From: a bacterium
Lineage (GTDB): Bacteria > UBA8248
DNA: 64,000 nt
Assembly (NCBI GenBank): GCA_965203325.1
Contig: OZ241875.1
Span: 3,744,001 to 3,808,000 of the forward strand
Reading direction: 5' to 3'
The position numbers and the translations under genes are program-made. Below, piece after piece: positions 32,993 through 42,816 of this stretch. The notes beneath the pieces were generated by a model, which was not told the origin of the DNA, made no database searches, and worked only from the letters and a program-made list of their open reading frames with translations. Every line of letters begins with the position of its first letter. Within the stretch, counting starts at the first letter, position 1.

Positions 32993-34123
32993 ATGGCGGA
33001 CAAAAAAGAACTGGGGCTGGCCATCGTCGGCTGCGGGGTCGTGGGGCGCATGCGGGGCGCGCTGGCCAGGGATTTCCCCGGAATCGGGTGGATCGGCCTC
33101 TCCGACATGAACGAGAAGGTCGGAGAAAGACTTAAAGCAGACATCGGGGCCGATTACTTCACGGCCGATTTTCACGAACTCATCGCCCGCCCCGAGGTGG
33201 ATGCGGCGATCATCGCCACCTCGACCTGGGCGCATGTCGAACCCACGCTCGCCGCGGCGGAGCGCGGCCTGCCCATGCTGATCGAAAAACCGCTCGCCAC
33301 GGACGCGCGCGAGTCGGCCTCCGTGCTCGCGGCGATTGAATCGGCCGGCGTGGACGCCGTCGTCGGCTACACCCAGCGTTTTCGCAGGCGTTTCCTCGCC
33401 GTGAAGGACCGCGTCGATAACGGCCAGATCGGCGACGTCACGGCGGCGGTTACGCGCGCCTTCATGAACCGCATGGCGCCGACCGGTGAGGTTCGCCTCT
33501 CGCAGGACCGCCGGTTCCTGACGCCCATGGTCGTCTCCGGCACCCACAGCCTCGACATGTGTCTGTGGCTGATGGGCGACGCCAAGCCGGTTTCTCTCTA
33601 TGCGCGCTCGACCGAGGGGATTCTGAGCGATCTCGGCACCAAGGATGCCACCTTCGGCGTGTTCACGATGGATAGCGGTGCCATCTGGAGCATGAACATC
33701 TGCTGGGCGCTGCCCAAGGAGTGGCCCGGCGCGGTGTACGGGCTCGAAATCGGCATCGTGGGCACGAAGGGCGTGGTGGACATCGAGGACACGCACCGCG
33801 ACGTGGTGATGGCTTCTGAATTCTCGCAGGGACCCGCCTATAATCCCGAGGATCTTGATCTAGAAGCGCGGCGGAACGTCGATTTCCTCACGAGCTTCCC
33901 GCCGGGCGACATGTATGACGGAGAGCTTTGGGGCCCCATGCGCGAGGAGACGAACTCTTGGTTCCAGCGGATTTATTCGGGCAAGCGCACCCCCCACGCG
34001 ACCGCCACCGAGGGGCACCGCAATCTGGTGTTGACCATGGCGATGGACCTCTCGGCCAAGCGCGGTGAGGAGTTGAAGCTGCCCATCGATCCTGCGGAGT
34101 TGATGGCGGGCCTGGAAGCGTAG
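32993..34123 (+). CDS. Gfo/Idh/MocA family oxidoreductase
   Basis: IVGCGVVG, IEKPLA, GYTQRF and GTHSLD motifs. Confidence 0.88.
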   Translation: MADKKELGLAIVGCGVVGRMRGALARDFPGIGWIGLSDMNEKVGERLKADIGADYFTADFHELIARPEVDAAIIATSTWAHVEPTLAAAERGLPMLIEKPLATDARESASVLAAIESAGVDAVVGYTQRFRRRFLAVKDRVDNGQIGDVTAAVTRAFMNRMAPTGEVRLSQDRRFLTPMVVSGTHSLDMCLWLMGDAKPVSLYARSTEGILSDLGTKDATFGVFTMDSGAIWSMNICWALPKEWPGAVYGLEIGIVGTKGVVDIEDTHRDVVMASEFSQGPAYNPEDLDLEARRNVDFLTSFPPGDMYDGELWGPMREETNSWFQRIYSGKRTPHATATEGHRNLVLTMAMDLSAKRGEELKLPIDPAELMAGLEA

Positions 34124-34163
34124 GACATTCCTGGAAATTTAATCAGTAGGGCAGAGCGGATAT

Positions 34164-35318
34164 ATGGCGACGCGGGAGTTGGGAATCATTCTTCACGGGG
34201 CGACGGGCGGCATCGGCTCCTTCCAGCATCTGAGAAACTCACTCGTACCCATCATCGACGAGGGCGGTCTCGACGTTGACGGCGAGAGAATCCTGCCGAA
34301 GCTCCTGCTCGTCGGCAGGAGCGGGGAGCGCCTCGCGAAACTGGCGGCGGAACACGGCGGCCTCGAATGGACGACCGATCTCGATGCAGTCCTCGCAAAC
34401 GCGGCGTATCCCGTCTTCTTCGACGCGGCGGCCACGCACTTGCGGGCGGGCGTATTAAAGCGCGCCATCGCCGCCGGGAAGCACATCTATACCGAAAAAC
34501 CCGTCGCGCCCAGCGTAAAGGAGGGGATGGCGCTTCTTCGCGCGGCGCTGGCGGGGGGCCTCAAGCACGGCGCGGTGGAGGACAAGCTCTTCCTGCCGGG
34601 GTTTCTGAAACTCAGGCGGGTGGTGGAGAGCGGTTTTCTGGGCCGCGTCATTGGTTTTCAGATCAACTTCGGCTGGTGGGTGTTCGACGGGGTCGAGGCG
34701 GAATGCCAGCGCCCGAGCTGGAACTACCGAAAAGCGGGCGGCGGCGGGCTCATCTCGGACATGCACCCGCACTGGCGCTACGTCGTGGAGGGAACTCTGG
34801 GGCCGATTGCGCGCGTGGCGGCGCTCTCCTGGACGGGCCAGACCGAGCGCGCCGACGAGGCGGGGGAGCGCTTCCGCGTCGACGTAGAGGATAACGCGCA
34901 CACGCTTCTGGAACTCGAAAACGGCGCGCGCGGCGCGATTCTGAGCTCCTGGTCCACGCGGGTGAGGCGCGAGGACCTGGTGACCTTCCAGGTGGATGGA
35001 ACCAAAGGCTCCGCGGTGGCGGGTTTAAGAAAATGCTGGAAACAGGCGGCGGGCGATACCCCTTTGGTGCGCGGTTTCCTGATGGGCCGCGACGCGGACA
35101 CCATGGACGTCTCGGTGGACTACCGCGAGAACTGGCAGGAGGAGCCCGACGCGGAGTCCTACAAGAACCCCTATCGCTACGGCTGGGAGCGCTTCATCCG
35201 TCACGTCGCGGGCGATGAGCCTTTCTACGCCGATCTTTCCGCCGGCATCCGGGACGTGCGGCTCGCCGAAGCCTGCCTCAAAAGCGCGCAAGAGGGCGGC
35301 TGGGTGGAGATGGCGTAG
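34164..35318 (+). CDS. Gfo/Idh/MocA family oxidoreductase
   Basis: HGATG, GKHIYTEKP and RPSWNYRKAGGGGLISDMHPHW motifs. Confidence 0.88.
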   Translation: MATRELGIILHGATGGIGSFQHLRNSLVPIIDEGGLDVDGERILPKLLLVGRSGERLAKLAAEHGGLEWTTDLDAVLANAAYPVFFDAAATHLRAGVLKRAIAAGKHIYTEKPVAPSVKEGMALLRAALAGGLKHGAVEDKLFLPGFLKLRRVVESGFLGRVIGFQINFGWWVFDGVEAECQRPSWNYRKAGGGGLISDMHPHWRYVVEGTLGPIARVAALSWTGQTERADEAGERFRVDVEDNAHTLLELENGARGAILSSWSTRVRREDLVTFQVDGTKGSAVAGLRKCWKQAAGDTPLVRGFLMGRDADTMDVSVDYRENWQEEPDAESYKNPYRYGWERFIRHVAGDEPFYADLSAGIRDVRLAEACLKSAQEGGWVEMA

Positions 35319-35343
35319 TCATAATGGCCCGGTATCTCGGGCT

Positions 35344-35835
35344 TCAGCCGATAGGGTCGTTCCCGCCACCGTGGTTCGCCACGTCCCCCTCATTCAGTTG
35401 AATGAACGCCTGCGCGAGGACGATGGCGGCGGTGTTGGCGAGGTTGTAGGAGCGTATCGGCCCCGGCATGGGCACGTAAATCCGCCGCTCGGACCAGCGC
35501 GCGTGCCATGAATCGGGCAGGCCGGTGTTTTCGTTCCCGAGCAGCAGCACGTCTTCGTCCCGATACGTCACCCGGTCGAAGCGCGAAGCGCCGAACTTCG
35601 TGATGAGCCAGGGCGTTCTCTCGCCCAGCCATTCGAGGAATTGGCTTTCGTTCTCGTGGATGGTGAGCTTCACGTCCGGCCAGTAGTCGAGCCCCGCTCT
35701 TTTGAGGGAATTGTCCGAAAAATCGAATTTCGCGGGCTCGATGATGTGAAGATGCGCCCCCATCCCCACGCACAGCCTGCCGATGTTCCCGGTGTTCTGC
35801 GGAATGGCCGGATGATAGAGAGCGACGTGGAGCAT
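35344..35835 (-). CDS. trmL: tRNA (cytidine(34)-2'-O)-methyltransferase, SpoU family
   Basis: PAIPQNTGNIGRLC, KRAGLDYW, GNENTGLP and RSYNLAN motifs. Confidence 0.93.
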   Translation of the reverse strand: MLHVALYHPAIPQNTGNIGRLCVGMGAHLHIIEPAKFDFSDNSLKRAGLDYWPDVKLTIHENESQFLEWLGERTPWLITKFGASRFDRVTYRDEDVLLLGNENTGLPDSWHARWSERRIYVPMPGPIRSYNLANTAAIVLAQAFIQLNEGDVANHGGGNDPIG

Positions 35836-35873
35836 TTCATTCTATTCGGAAGTTGGGGACCCGACGCCGAGTG

Positions 35874-37190
35874 TCATCCCGAGACGGCGCCGCGAACGCT
35901 CGCCTTGTCTACCGCGTCGGTGAGGATGTCCATCGCCTGATCCATCTGCCCCTCCGTCGTGGTGGCCGGCGGCACGAAGCGGAGCACGCTTCCCCCGCGC
36001 CGCTGGCTGAAGATGAGTCCGTTTTCCAGGCAACGGCGGTTGATCTCGCTTCCCTGTCTGGTGGCGGGCGTCTTGGAGCGCCTGTCCTCCACCAGTTCGA
36101 TTCCTTGGAGAAGCCCCCGCCCCCTGATGTCGCCCACCATTTCATATTGCTCGCCCAGCCAGGTGAGGCGCTCTCTTAAGTGAGCGCCGATTTTTCTCGC
36201 CTTGGCGGGCACGTCTTCTCCCTCGATGACGTCGAGGCTCGCCACGCCGGCGGCGCAGGCGAGCGGGTCGTTCGTGTGCGAATGGGTAACGACGAACTCG
36301 GTGGACGCTATCTTGTCCTCCACCTCGGCGCTCGTCGAGACCGAGGAGATGCTCACGCCCCCGCCGAAATGTTTCGCCAGCGTCACGACGTCGGGCACCA
36401 CCTCGTCTTTCTCGAAGCCGAACATCGTGCCCAGCTTGCCGAGCCCCGTCTGCTCGTCGTCCACGATGAGGAGCATGTCGCGCTCCTCGCAGCTTTCTTT
36501 CAACTTCTTGAGCCATCCGGGCGGCGGCTCCACCACGCCTCCCGCGCTGAACAGTGGTTCGGTGATGACGGCGGCGGGCTTGCTCGTCGTTTGCGCGTCG
36601 ATGAGTTCGAAGCTCGTGTCCAGGCAGGCGATCTCGCAATCGGGGAATTTCTGGGCGAGCGGACAGCGGTAGCAATAGGGCGCGACCATGGCCATGCTCC
36701 CGGGAGAGAGCGGCCCGTGCCCGCTGTGCCAGCCCGCGAAGGTGAGCGAGCGCGCCGTGTCGGAGAGGCCGTGGAAGCTGATGTGGGGGCTCGCCACCTC
36801 GAAGCCGTCCGTGAATTTGCGGGCGATCGTCACCGCCGCCTCGTTGGCGTCGGCGCCCGATCCCAGGAAAAGGCTTTTCTCCAACGGGGGCGGCAGCAAC
36901 GCGCCCAGGCGTTCGGCGAGGATGATTTCCTGGTCGTTGAAGAAGCTGCTGTGCGCGTGAATCAACTCATCGCAGCTTTTCTTGATGGCGTCCGTGACGG
37001 TGGGGTGGTTGTGCCCGAGGGCGGAGCACATCTGGCCCGAATTGAAATCGAGGTACTGCTTGCCGTTCACGTCCTCGACGGTCGATCCCTCGCCGCGCAC
37101 GAAGACGGGGCCTGAGAAAACAGACTTGTCCACCCGACCGCGAAAGCTGTATTTCTTCGCCGAATCGAGCAGGTCTTTTTCGCTTCGCAT
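35874..37190 (-). CDS. Class III PLP aminotransferase, 2,2-dialkylglycine decarboxylase-like
   Basis: LDFNSGQMCSALGH, SFHG, EPLFSAGG, DDEQTG, TLAKHFGGG and RGRGLL motifs. Confidence 0.85.
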   Translation of the reverse strand: MRSEKDLLDSAKKYSFRGRVDKSVFSGPVFVRGEGSTVEDVNGKQYLDFNSGQMCSALGHNHPTVTDAIKKSCDELIHAHSSFFNDQEIILAERLGALLPPPLEKSLFLGSGADANEAAVTIARKFTDGFEVASPHISFHGLSDTARSLTFAGWHSGHGPLSPGSMAMVAPYCYRCPLAQKFPDCEIACLDTSFELIDAQTTSKPAAVITEPLFSAGGVVEPPPGWLKKLKESCEERDMLLIVDDEQTGLGKLGTMFGFEKDEVVPDVVTLAKHFGGGVSISSVSTSAEVEDKIASTEFVVTHSHTNDPLACAAGVASLDVIEGEDVPAKARKIGAHLRERLTWLGEQYEMVGDIRGRGLLQGIELVEDRRSKTPATRQGSEINRRCLENGLIFSQRRGGSVLRFVPPATTTEGQMDQAMDILTDAVDKASVRGAVSG

Positions 37191-37434
37191 GGGAGTGCCT
37201 CCATGGGGATCGCGAGAATGGACGCTTGATGCGCTCCTCTCGCCAAGGCGGTTTTCTCTGCCGGAGCCGCGCTCCATGTAACGCTGATGTATGCTTTAAT
37301 ACTAGCGCATATTCATGGATTCGGATATGGCTTATCATCAAGCCATGAGGCGCAAAGTCTTCCAATGGTGAATCGCCCGTGAGCCGCGTGGTTGCGCAAA
37401 TCGTGGGTGAGGACTTCCGGGAGGGTGGTTTCGA

Positions 37435-38982
37435 ATGAACATGGCGGAATTCTTGGCCCGGGCGGCCAGAGCCTGCGGGGAGCGGCCGGCCATATCTTTT
37501 GGAGAAGCGGTGCATTGCACGTATGAGGAGTTCGCCCGCCGGGCGGGATCCATGGCGGGTTTCCTGCGGGAAGATCTGGACATGAAGCCCGGAGACCGCG
37601 TCGCCATCACCATGAAGAATTGCCCGGCGTTTCTGGAGGGCCTCTACGCCATATGGCATGCCGGCTGCTGCGCATTGCCCATCAACGCGAAACTCCATCC
37701 GAAGGAGATGGCCTTCATCCTGGAGAATGCGGGCGCGCGTAGTTGCTTCGCCACTTCCGACTTGATGGAGACTGTGACGCCGCTCGTCGATGAAATCGAG
37801 ACGCTCGAGAGCGTGATGGAGGTCGATACCCTCGAATACCGGGCGATTCAGTCCCGAGAGGCCATTCCCATCGAACCTCAAGCGCCGGATGATCTGGCCT
37901 GGCTTTTCTATACGAGCGGCACGACGGGCAGGCCGAAGGGCGCCATGCTCACCCACGAGAACCTCCACAGCATGAGCCTGAGTTATTTCGCCGACGTCGA
38001 TCCGGTCTCCGAAAACGATTGCATCCTGCACGCCGCGCCCCTGTCCCACGGCTCGGGCCTGTACGCGATACCGCACGTATATCAGGGCGCGAACAACATC
38101 GTTCCAGAGAGCGGGGGGTTCGAGCCTGAAGAGATTTTTCGGCTCATCGAGGTCTATCCGGGCCTCGCCATGTTCGCCGCGCCCACCATGGTCACGCGCC
38201 TGATTCAGAGCGAGGCGATAGGGGATGCGGATACCACGAATTTGAAGGTCATCGCCTATGGCGGTGGGCCGATGTACGTGGAAGACCTCAAAAAAGCGAT
38301 GGAGGCTCTGGGGAACAAACTCGTTCAGGTATACGGGCAGGGGGAAAGCCCCATGACCATTACCGTCGTCTCCAGAGAGCGGCACGTCGATACGGCCCAC
38401 CCCCGCTTCGAGGAGCGCCTCGCATCCGTCGGGGTGCCGCACACCGTGGTCGAGGTGCGCGTGGTGGACGGCGATGACAACACCCTGCCGCCGGGAGAGA
38501 CCGGCGAAGTGCTCGTGCGCGGCGACGTCGTCATGAAGGGCTACTGGAACAACCCGGAGGCCACGGCGAGCGCGCTCAAGGGCGGATGGCTCCACACGGG
38601 CGACGTGGGCGTGATGGATGAGGACGGCTTCCTCACCCTCAAGGATCGCTCGAAAGACCTCATCATCAGCGGCGGCAGCAACATCTACCCCCGCGAAGTG
38701 GAGGAGGTGCTGCTGCGTCACGAGGGCGTTCTGGAGGTCTCCGTCATCGGGCGTCCCCACCCGGACTGGGGGGAGGAGGTGATGGCCTTCGTGGTGCCCA
38801 GGGATGGGGGAGGCGTGAGCGAGGAAGACCTCGACGGCTTGTGCCTCGAACACATCGCGCGCTTCAAGCGCCCCCGGGCGTACCGTTTCATCGAGGCCCT
38901 GCCCAAGAACAATTACGGAAAAGTCCTCAAGACGGCGCTTCGCGAGATGGCCGAGCGTGAATCCCGGGAAAACGGTGGATGA
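37435..38982 (+). CDS. AMP-binding acyl-CoA synthetase
   Basis: YTSGTTGRPKG, YGQGE, HTGDVG and LPKNNYGKV motifs. Confidence 0.92.
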   Translation: MNMAEFLARAARACGERPAISFGEAVHCTYEEFARRAGSMAGFLREDLDMKPGDRVAITMKNCPAFLEGLYAIWHAGCCALPINAKLHPKEMAFILENAGARSCFATSDLMETVTPLVDEIETLESVMEVDTLEYRAIQSREAIPIEPQAPDDLAWLFYTSGTTGRPKGAMLTHENLHSMSLSYFADVDPVSENDCILHAAPLSHGSGLYAIPHVYQGANNIVPESGGFEPEEIFRLIEVYPGLAMFAAPTMVTRLIQSEAIGDADTTNLKVIAYGGGPMYVEDLKKAMEALGNKLVQVYGQGESPMTITVVSRERHVDTAHPRFEERLASVGVPHTVVEVRVVDGDDNTLPPGETGEVLVRGDVVMKGYWNNPEATASALKGGWLHTGDVGVMDEDGFLTLKDRSKDLIISGGSNIYPREVEEVLLRHEGVLEVSVIGRPHPDWGEEVMAFVVPRDGGGVSEEDLDGLCLEHIARFKRPRAYRFIEALPKNNYGKVLKTALREMAERESRENGG

Positions 38983-40361
38983 TGAAGCCGGGCACCGCGT
39001 CTTACGCGAAAGAAATGAGATTCTCTCGCCTTCAGGCAGCTTTTGCCTCGGGCGGGCAAACGCCGTCTGACGTTGTTCATGAAGTCTGTCGGCGGATCGC
39101 CGCGCGCGGTGAGGACGGCGTTTGGATTCACGTTGAACCTGAGGATAGATTGCTCGCGCGCGCGCAAGAACTCGAAACCCGCAGGGCGGATGCGGACTCA
39201 CTCCCCCTTTACGGCGTTCCCTTCGCGGTCAAGGACAACATCGACGTGGCGGGGGTCCCTACGACGGCGGCGTGCCCCGAATACGCCTATACACCCGATG
39301 AGAGCGCTCCCTGCGTGGCGCTTCTACTCGATGCCGGGGCGATTTTCGTCGGAAAGACGAACCTGGATCAGTTCGCAACCGGCCTCGTCGGCACGCGCAC
39401 GCCTTATGGCGTGGCGCGGAATCCGTATCATCCCGACTACGTTCCGGGCGGTTCGAGTTCCGGCTCGGCCGTGGCCGTCGCGTCGGGTCTGGTGAGTTTC
39501 GCCCTCGGCACGGACACGGCGGGCTCGGGCCGGGTGCCCGCGGGGTTCAACAACATCGTGGGCTTGAAACCCTCACGGGGGCTGGTGAGCACGCGGGGTG
39601 TGGTTCCCGCCTGCCGCACGCTCGATTGCGTCTCGGTTTTCGCTCTCGCGGCTTCGGATGCGCTTTGCGCCCTCGAGACGATGGCCGTCCCGGATGACGA
39701 CCCGTACAGCCGCGCTCTTCCGGCGGGAGCGTCCCTGCAAATGGCCGCCGACTTGCCGGGTGGGCTGAAGGCGGGCGTTCCTCTGCCCGGGCAAAGGGAT
39801 TTTCTGGGAGATGATGAGGCGAGAAGCGCCTATGAGAAGGGGGTAGAGCGCATCTCGGAGATGGGCGCGGCTGTGCAGGAGGTTGATTTCTCGCCTTTTT
39901 TCGAGGCGGCGAAACTCCTGTACGGCGGTCCCTGGGTGGCGGAACGTCTGGCGGCGATTGAAGCGTTTTTTGGAGAAAAACCCGAAGCCCTTCATCCCGT
40001 CACGAGGGAGTTGATCGCGGGCGCCGCCGGGTATACGGCGGTCGACGCCTTCAAGGCATTCTATCGCCTGGAAGAGTTAAAGCGTGAAGCGAGAAAAATA
40101 TGGAAAAATATTGATTTTATGTCGGTTCCCACGACGCCCACGGCCTACACGATAGGCGAGGTGAATGCCGACCCCATCGACTTGAACGCGAACCTGGGGA
40201 TGTATACAAATTTTGTGAATCTCCTGGATTTATGCGCCGTCGCCATCCCGAACGGGTTTTACGCGAACGGTCTGCCCATCGGGATGACCCTTCTCGCGCC
40301 CGCTTTCCAGGAGAGATTCCTGTGCACTGTGGCGGAGGAATTTATATCGGGGGAAGGTTAA
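38979..40361 (+). CDS. atzF: Allophanate hydrolase-like amidase (amidase domain only)
   Basis: KDNIDVAG, KTNLDQFATGLVGTR, GGSSSGS, GTDTAGSGRVPA and YTNFVNLLDL motifs. Confidence 0.85.
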   Translation: MMKPGTASYAKEMRFSRLQAAFASGGQTPSDVVHEVCRRIAARGEDGVWIHVEPEDRLLARAQELETRRADADSLPLYGVPFAVKDNIDVAGVPTTAACPEYAYTPDESAPCVALLLDAGAIFVGKTNLDQFATGLVGTRTPYGVARNPYHPDYVPGGSSSGSAVAVASGLVSFALGTDTAGSGRVPAGFNNIVGLKPSRGLVSTRGVVPACRTLDCVSVFALAASDALCALETMAVPDDDPYSRALPAGASLQMAADLPGGLKAGVPLPGQRDFLGDDEARSAYEKGVERISEMGAAVQEVDFSPFFEAAKLLYGGPWVAERLAAIEAFFGEKPEALHPVTRELIAGAAGYTAVDAFKAFYRLEELKREARKIWKNIDFMSVPTTPTAYTIGEVNADPIDLNANLGMYTNFVNLLDLCAVAIPNGFYANGLPIGMTLLAPAFQERFLCTVAEEFISGEG

Positions 40362-40401
40362 GATAGATGAAAGTGAGAAAATTTTTCGTGGAGGATGTCT
40401 G

Positions 40402-41301
40402 ATGAAGCGTTTGGGTTTTGTAGGCGTGGGGGCGATGGGCGGACGCATGGTGCCGCATCTCCTCAATGCGGGACATGAAGTGGGCGTGGTGGACGTCGTC
40501 CGTGAATCTGTGGAACGCGCCGTGTCAAATGGCGCCGTCGAGGCGTCCGGTCCGGCGGAACTCGCCGCTACGTGCGAAATCGTGCTCACCTCCCTGCCCA
40601 CGGGAGCCGAGGTGGAAGACGTCTACCTGGGCGAGGGCGGCCTCATGGAAGCCGTGGGCGAGGGCGGCTTGCTGGTCGACCTCTCCACCATCGAGCCCGA
40701 TCAGAGCCGCAAACTCGCCGCCGAGGCGGCGGAGCGCGGGGCGGTGGCGCTCGATGCGCCCGTCTCGGGCGGGGTGATGGGGGCGGACGCGGCGAGCCTC
40801 ACCATCATGGTCGGCGGCCCGAAAGAGGCCTTCGAAGTCGTGCAGCCCGTCCTGGCGTTGATGGGGAAGAACATCATCCACGTCGGGGGGTACGGCGCGG
40901 GGCAGGTCGCCAAACTCTGCAACAACCTCATCGCGGGCGTCACCATGGTGGCGGCGGCGGAGGCGTTCGCCATGGGCAAGGCGTCCGGCGTGGACACGAA
41001 GATTCTCCATGAGGTGATCCGCACGAGCAGCGGCGGGAGCTGGGTGATGGAGAAAGACCCGCCGTGCCCCGATCTCATTGAGGGCGCGCCTTCGAGCAAG
41101 GATTTCGAAGCCGGCTTCACGGTGGACTTGATGCTCAAGGACATGTCCCTGGCCGTTTCGGCTCTCATGTCCCTGGGGATTCCCTGTCCCACTGGTGCGG
41201 CGGCGAACCAGGTCTACCGCATGGCTTCGCGCGACGGTCTGGGGGACTTGGATTTCGCCGCGGTGGCCATGCTGACGGGCGCGGCGGAGCGTCCCCGATG
41301 A
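40402..41301 (+). CDS. Beta-hydroxyacid dehydrogenase (3-hydroxyisobutyrate dehydrogenase-like)
   Basis: GVGAMG, DAPVSGG, AKLCNN and LMLKDM motifs. Confidence 0.9.
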   Translation: MKRLGFVGVGAMGGRMVPHLLNAGHEVGVVDVVRESVERAVSNGAVEASGPAELAATCEIVLTSLPTGAEVEDVYLGEGGLMEAVGEGGLLVDLSTIEPDQSRKLAAEAAERGAVALDAPVSGGVMGADAASLTIMVGGPKEAFEVVQPVLALMGKNIIHVGGYGAGQVAKLCNNLIAGVTMVAAAEAFAMGKASGVDTKILHEVIRTSSGGSWVMEKDPPCPDLIEGAPSSKDFEAGFTVDLMLKDMSLAVSALMSLGIPCPTGAAANQVYRMASRDGLGDLDFAAVAMLTGAAERPR

Positions 41302-41369
41302 GCGGCGTATTGCAGGAATATGCCTGACAGCGCGAAGCGCGCTGATTGGCTGATCGGAGGAGTCATCTG

Positions 41370-42707
41370 ATGGAAGAGAGCAGTCCGGCCCACCTGAGTG
41401 CTCGCCGCGCCGCGGAAGCGATACGCGAGGGCGAGTTGACCTCGGAAGCACTCGTCGGGGCGTGTCTGGCCCGCATCGAGGAGTGCGAGGAGCAAATCGG
41501 CGCCTGGGAGCACCTGGATGAGGAATACGCCCTCAGGCAGGCGAGAGAGGCCGACCTCGCCAGAGGGAGAGGGGAGGCGCTCGGTCCATTCCACGGGGTT
41601 CCCGTCGGGATCAAGGACATCATCGACACCGCCGAACTGCCGACCGAGAACGGCTCGCCCCTTCACGCGGGCCGCCGGCCCACCGAGGACGCCGCGCTCG
41701 TGTCCCTGCTCAAGAACGCAGGCGCCGTCATCATGGGGAAAACCGTGACGACGGAGTTCGCCGTCTATCATCCCGGCAAGACGAAGAATCCCCACGATCC
41801 GAACCGCACGCCCGGCGGCTCTTCGAGCGGTTCCGCCGCCGCCGTCGCCTCCCGCATGGTTCCCGCCGCGGTGGGGAGCCAGACGAACGGCTCCGTCATA
41901 CGGCCCGCCTCGTTTTGCGGGGTCTGCGGCTTCAAGCCCACCCACGGATCGATTTCACGCTACGGCATGCTGCCGCAGTCGAGGCCGATCGACCACGTGG
42001 GCCTTTTCGCGCGCTCCGTCGAGGACGTCGCCTTCCTGGGCGATCAGCTGATGGTCTTTGACGCGCGTGACCCGGACATGCGGCATCGCGCGGCCCCGAG
42101 ACTGCTGGAAACCGCCGCCTCGGAGCCTCCGGTGACTCCGCGATTCGCGTTCGTGAAAACGCCGGTCTGGGATCAGGCCGATGAGGACGCGCAGGCAGCG
42201 TTTGAGGAGTTGGCGATAAGTCTGGGCGGGGAGGTTGTGGAGGAAGTCGAACTTCCAGAGCCTTTCAACAACGCTATCGAGTGGCACCAGATCATCCTGG
42301 AATCGAACCTTGCGCGGAACTTCGAGACGGAATACGAACGCGGCAGGGACCAGTTGAGCGATCTTCTGCGCAAAATGATGGAACGCGGCAAGAAATATCT
42401 CGCGGTGGATTACACCCGGGCGGTGGAGAAGGTGCCCGCCCTGAACGGTTTGCTGGGAGAGACGTTCGAGCGGTTCGACGCCATCCTCACACCGCCTGCG
42501 CCGGGGCAGGCGCCGCTGGGGCTGGGCGCGACGGGGAATCCGGTTTTTTGCACCATCTGGACCTTGTGCGGGACGCCGGCCGTGACGCTGCCTCTGCTGG
42601 AGGGCGCGGACGGGATGCCGCTCGGCGTGCAGCTCGTGGGGCCCAGGGGAGACGACGCCAGGCTGCTCCGGACGGCGAGGTGGCTGGAGTCCCGACTCGG
42701 CGGGTAA
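41370..42707 (+). CDS. Amidase signature family protein
   Basis: GIKDIID, GKTVTTEFA, PGGSSSGS and GSQTNGSVIRPA motifs. Confidence 0.92.
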   Translation: MEESSPAHLSARRAAEAIREGELTSEALVGACLARIEECEEQIGAWEHLDEEYALRQAREADLARGRGEALGPFHGVPVGIKDIIDTAELPTENGSPLHAGRRPTEDAALVSLLKNAGAVIMGKTVTTEFAVYHPGKTKNPHDPNRTPGGSSSGSAAAVASRMVPAAVGSQTNGSVIRPASFCGVCGFKPTHGSISRYGMLPQSRPIDHVGLFARSVEDVAFLGDQLMVFDARDPDMRHRAAPRLLETAASEPPVTPRFAFVKTPVWDQADEDAQAAFEELAISLGGEVVEEVELPEPFNNAIEWHQIILESNLARNFETEYERGRDQLSDLLRKMMERGKKYLAVDYTRAVEKVPALNGLLGETFERFDAILTPPAPGQAPLGLGATGNPVFCTIWTLCGTPAVTLPLLEGADGMPLGVQLVGPRGDDARLLRTARWLESRLGG

Positions 42708-42816
42708 TCTGCCAGAATGTGAACAGCGCCAGGACTATGAGGCTTTCGCGATTGCGCCAGAGGCTCCGACGCGCATCTTGTTTCGACCATAAATCACAAA
42801 GAAGGAGGCTTAGACG

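Noticed and set aside
36967..39201. 744-aa minus-strand ORF and similar long antisense ORFs (7525-8913, 11302-12828, 20745-22271, 45444-46811)
   Set aside because: Antisense shadows of well-supported genes, expected from high-GC codon bias; no recognisable motifs.
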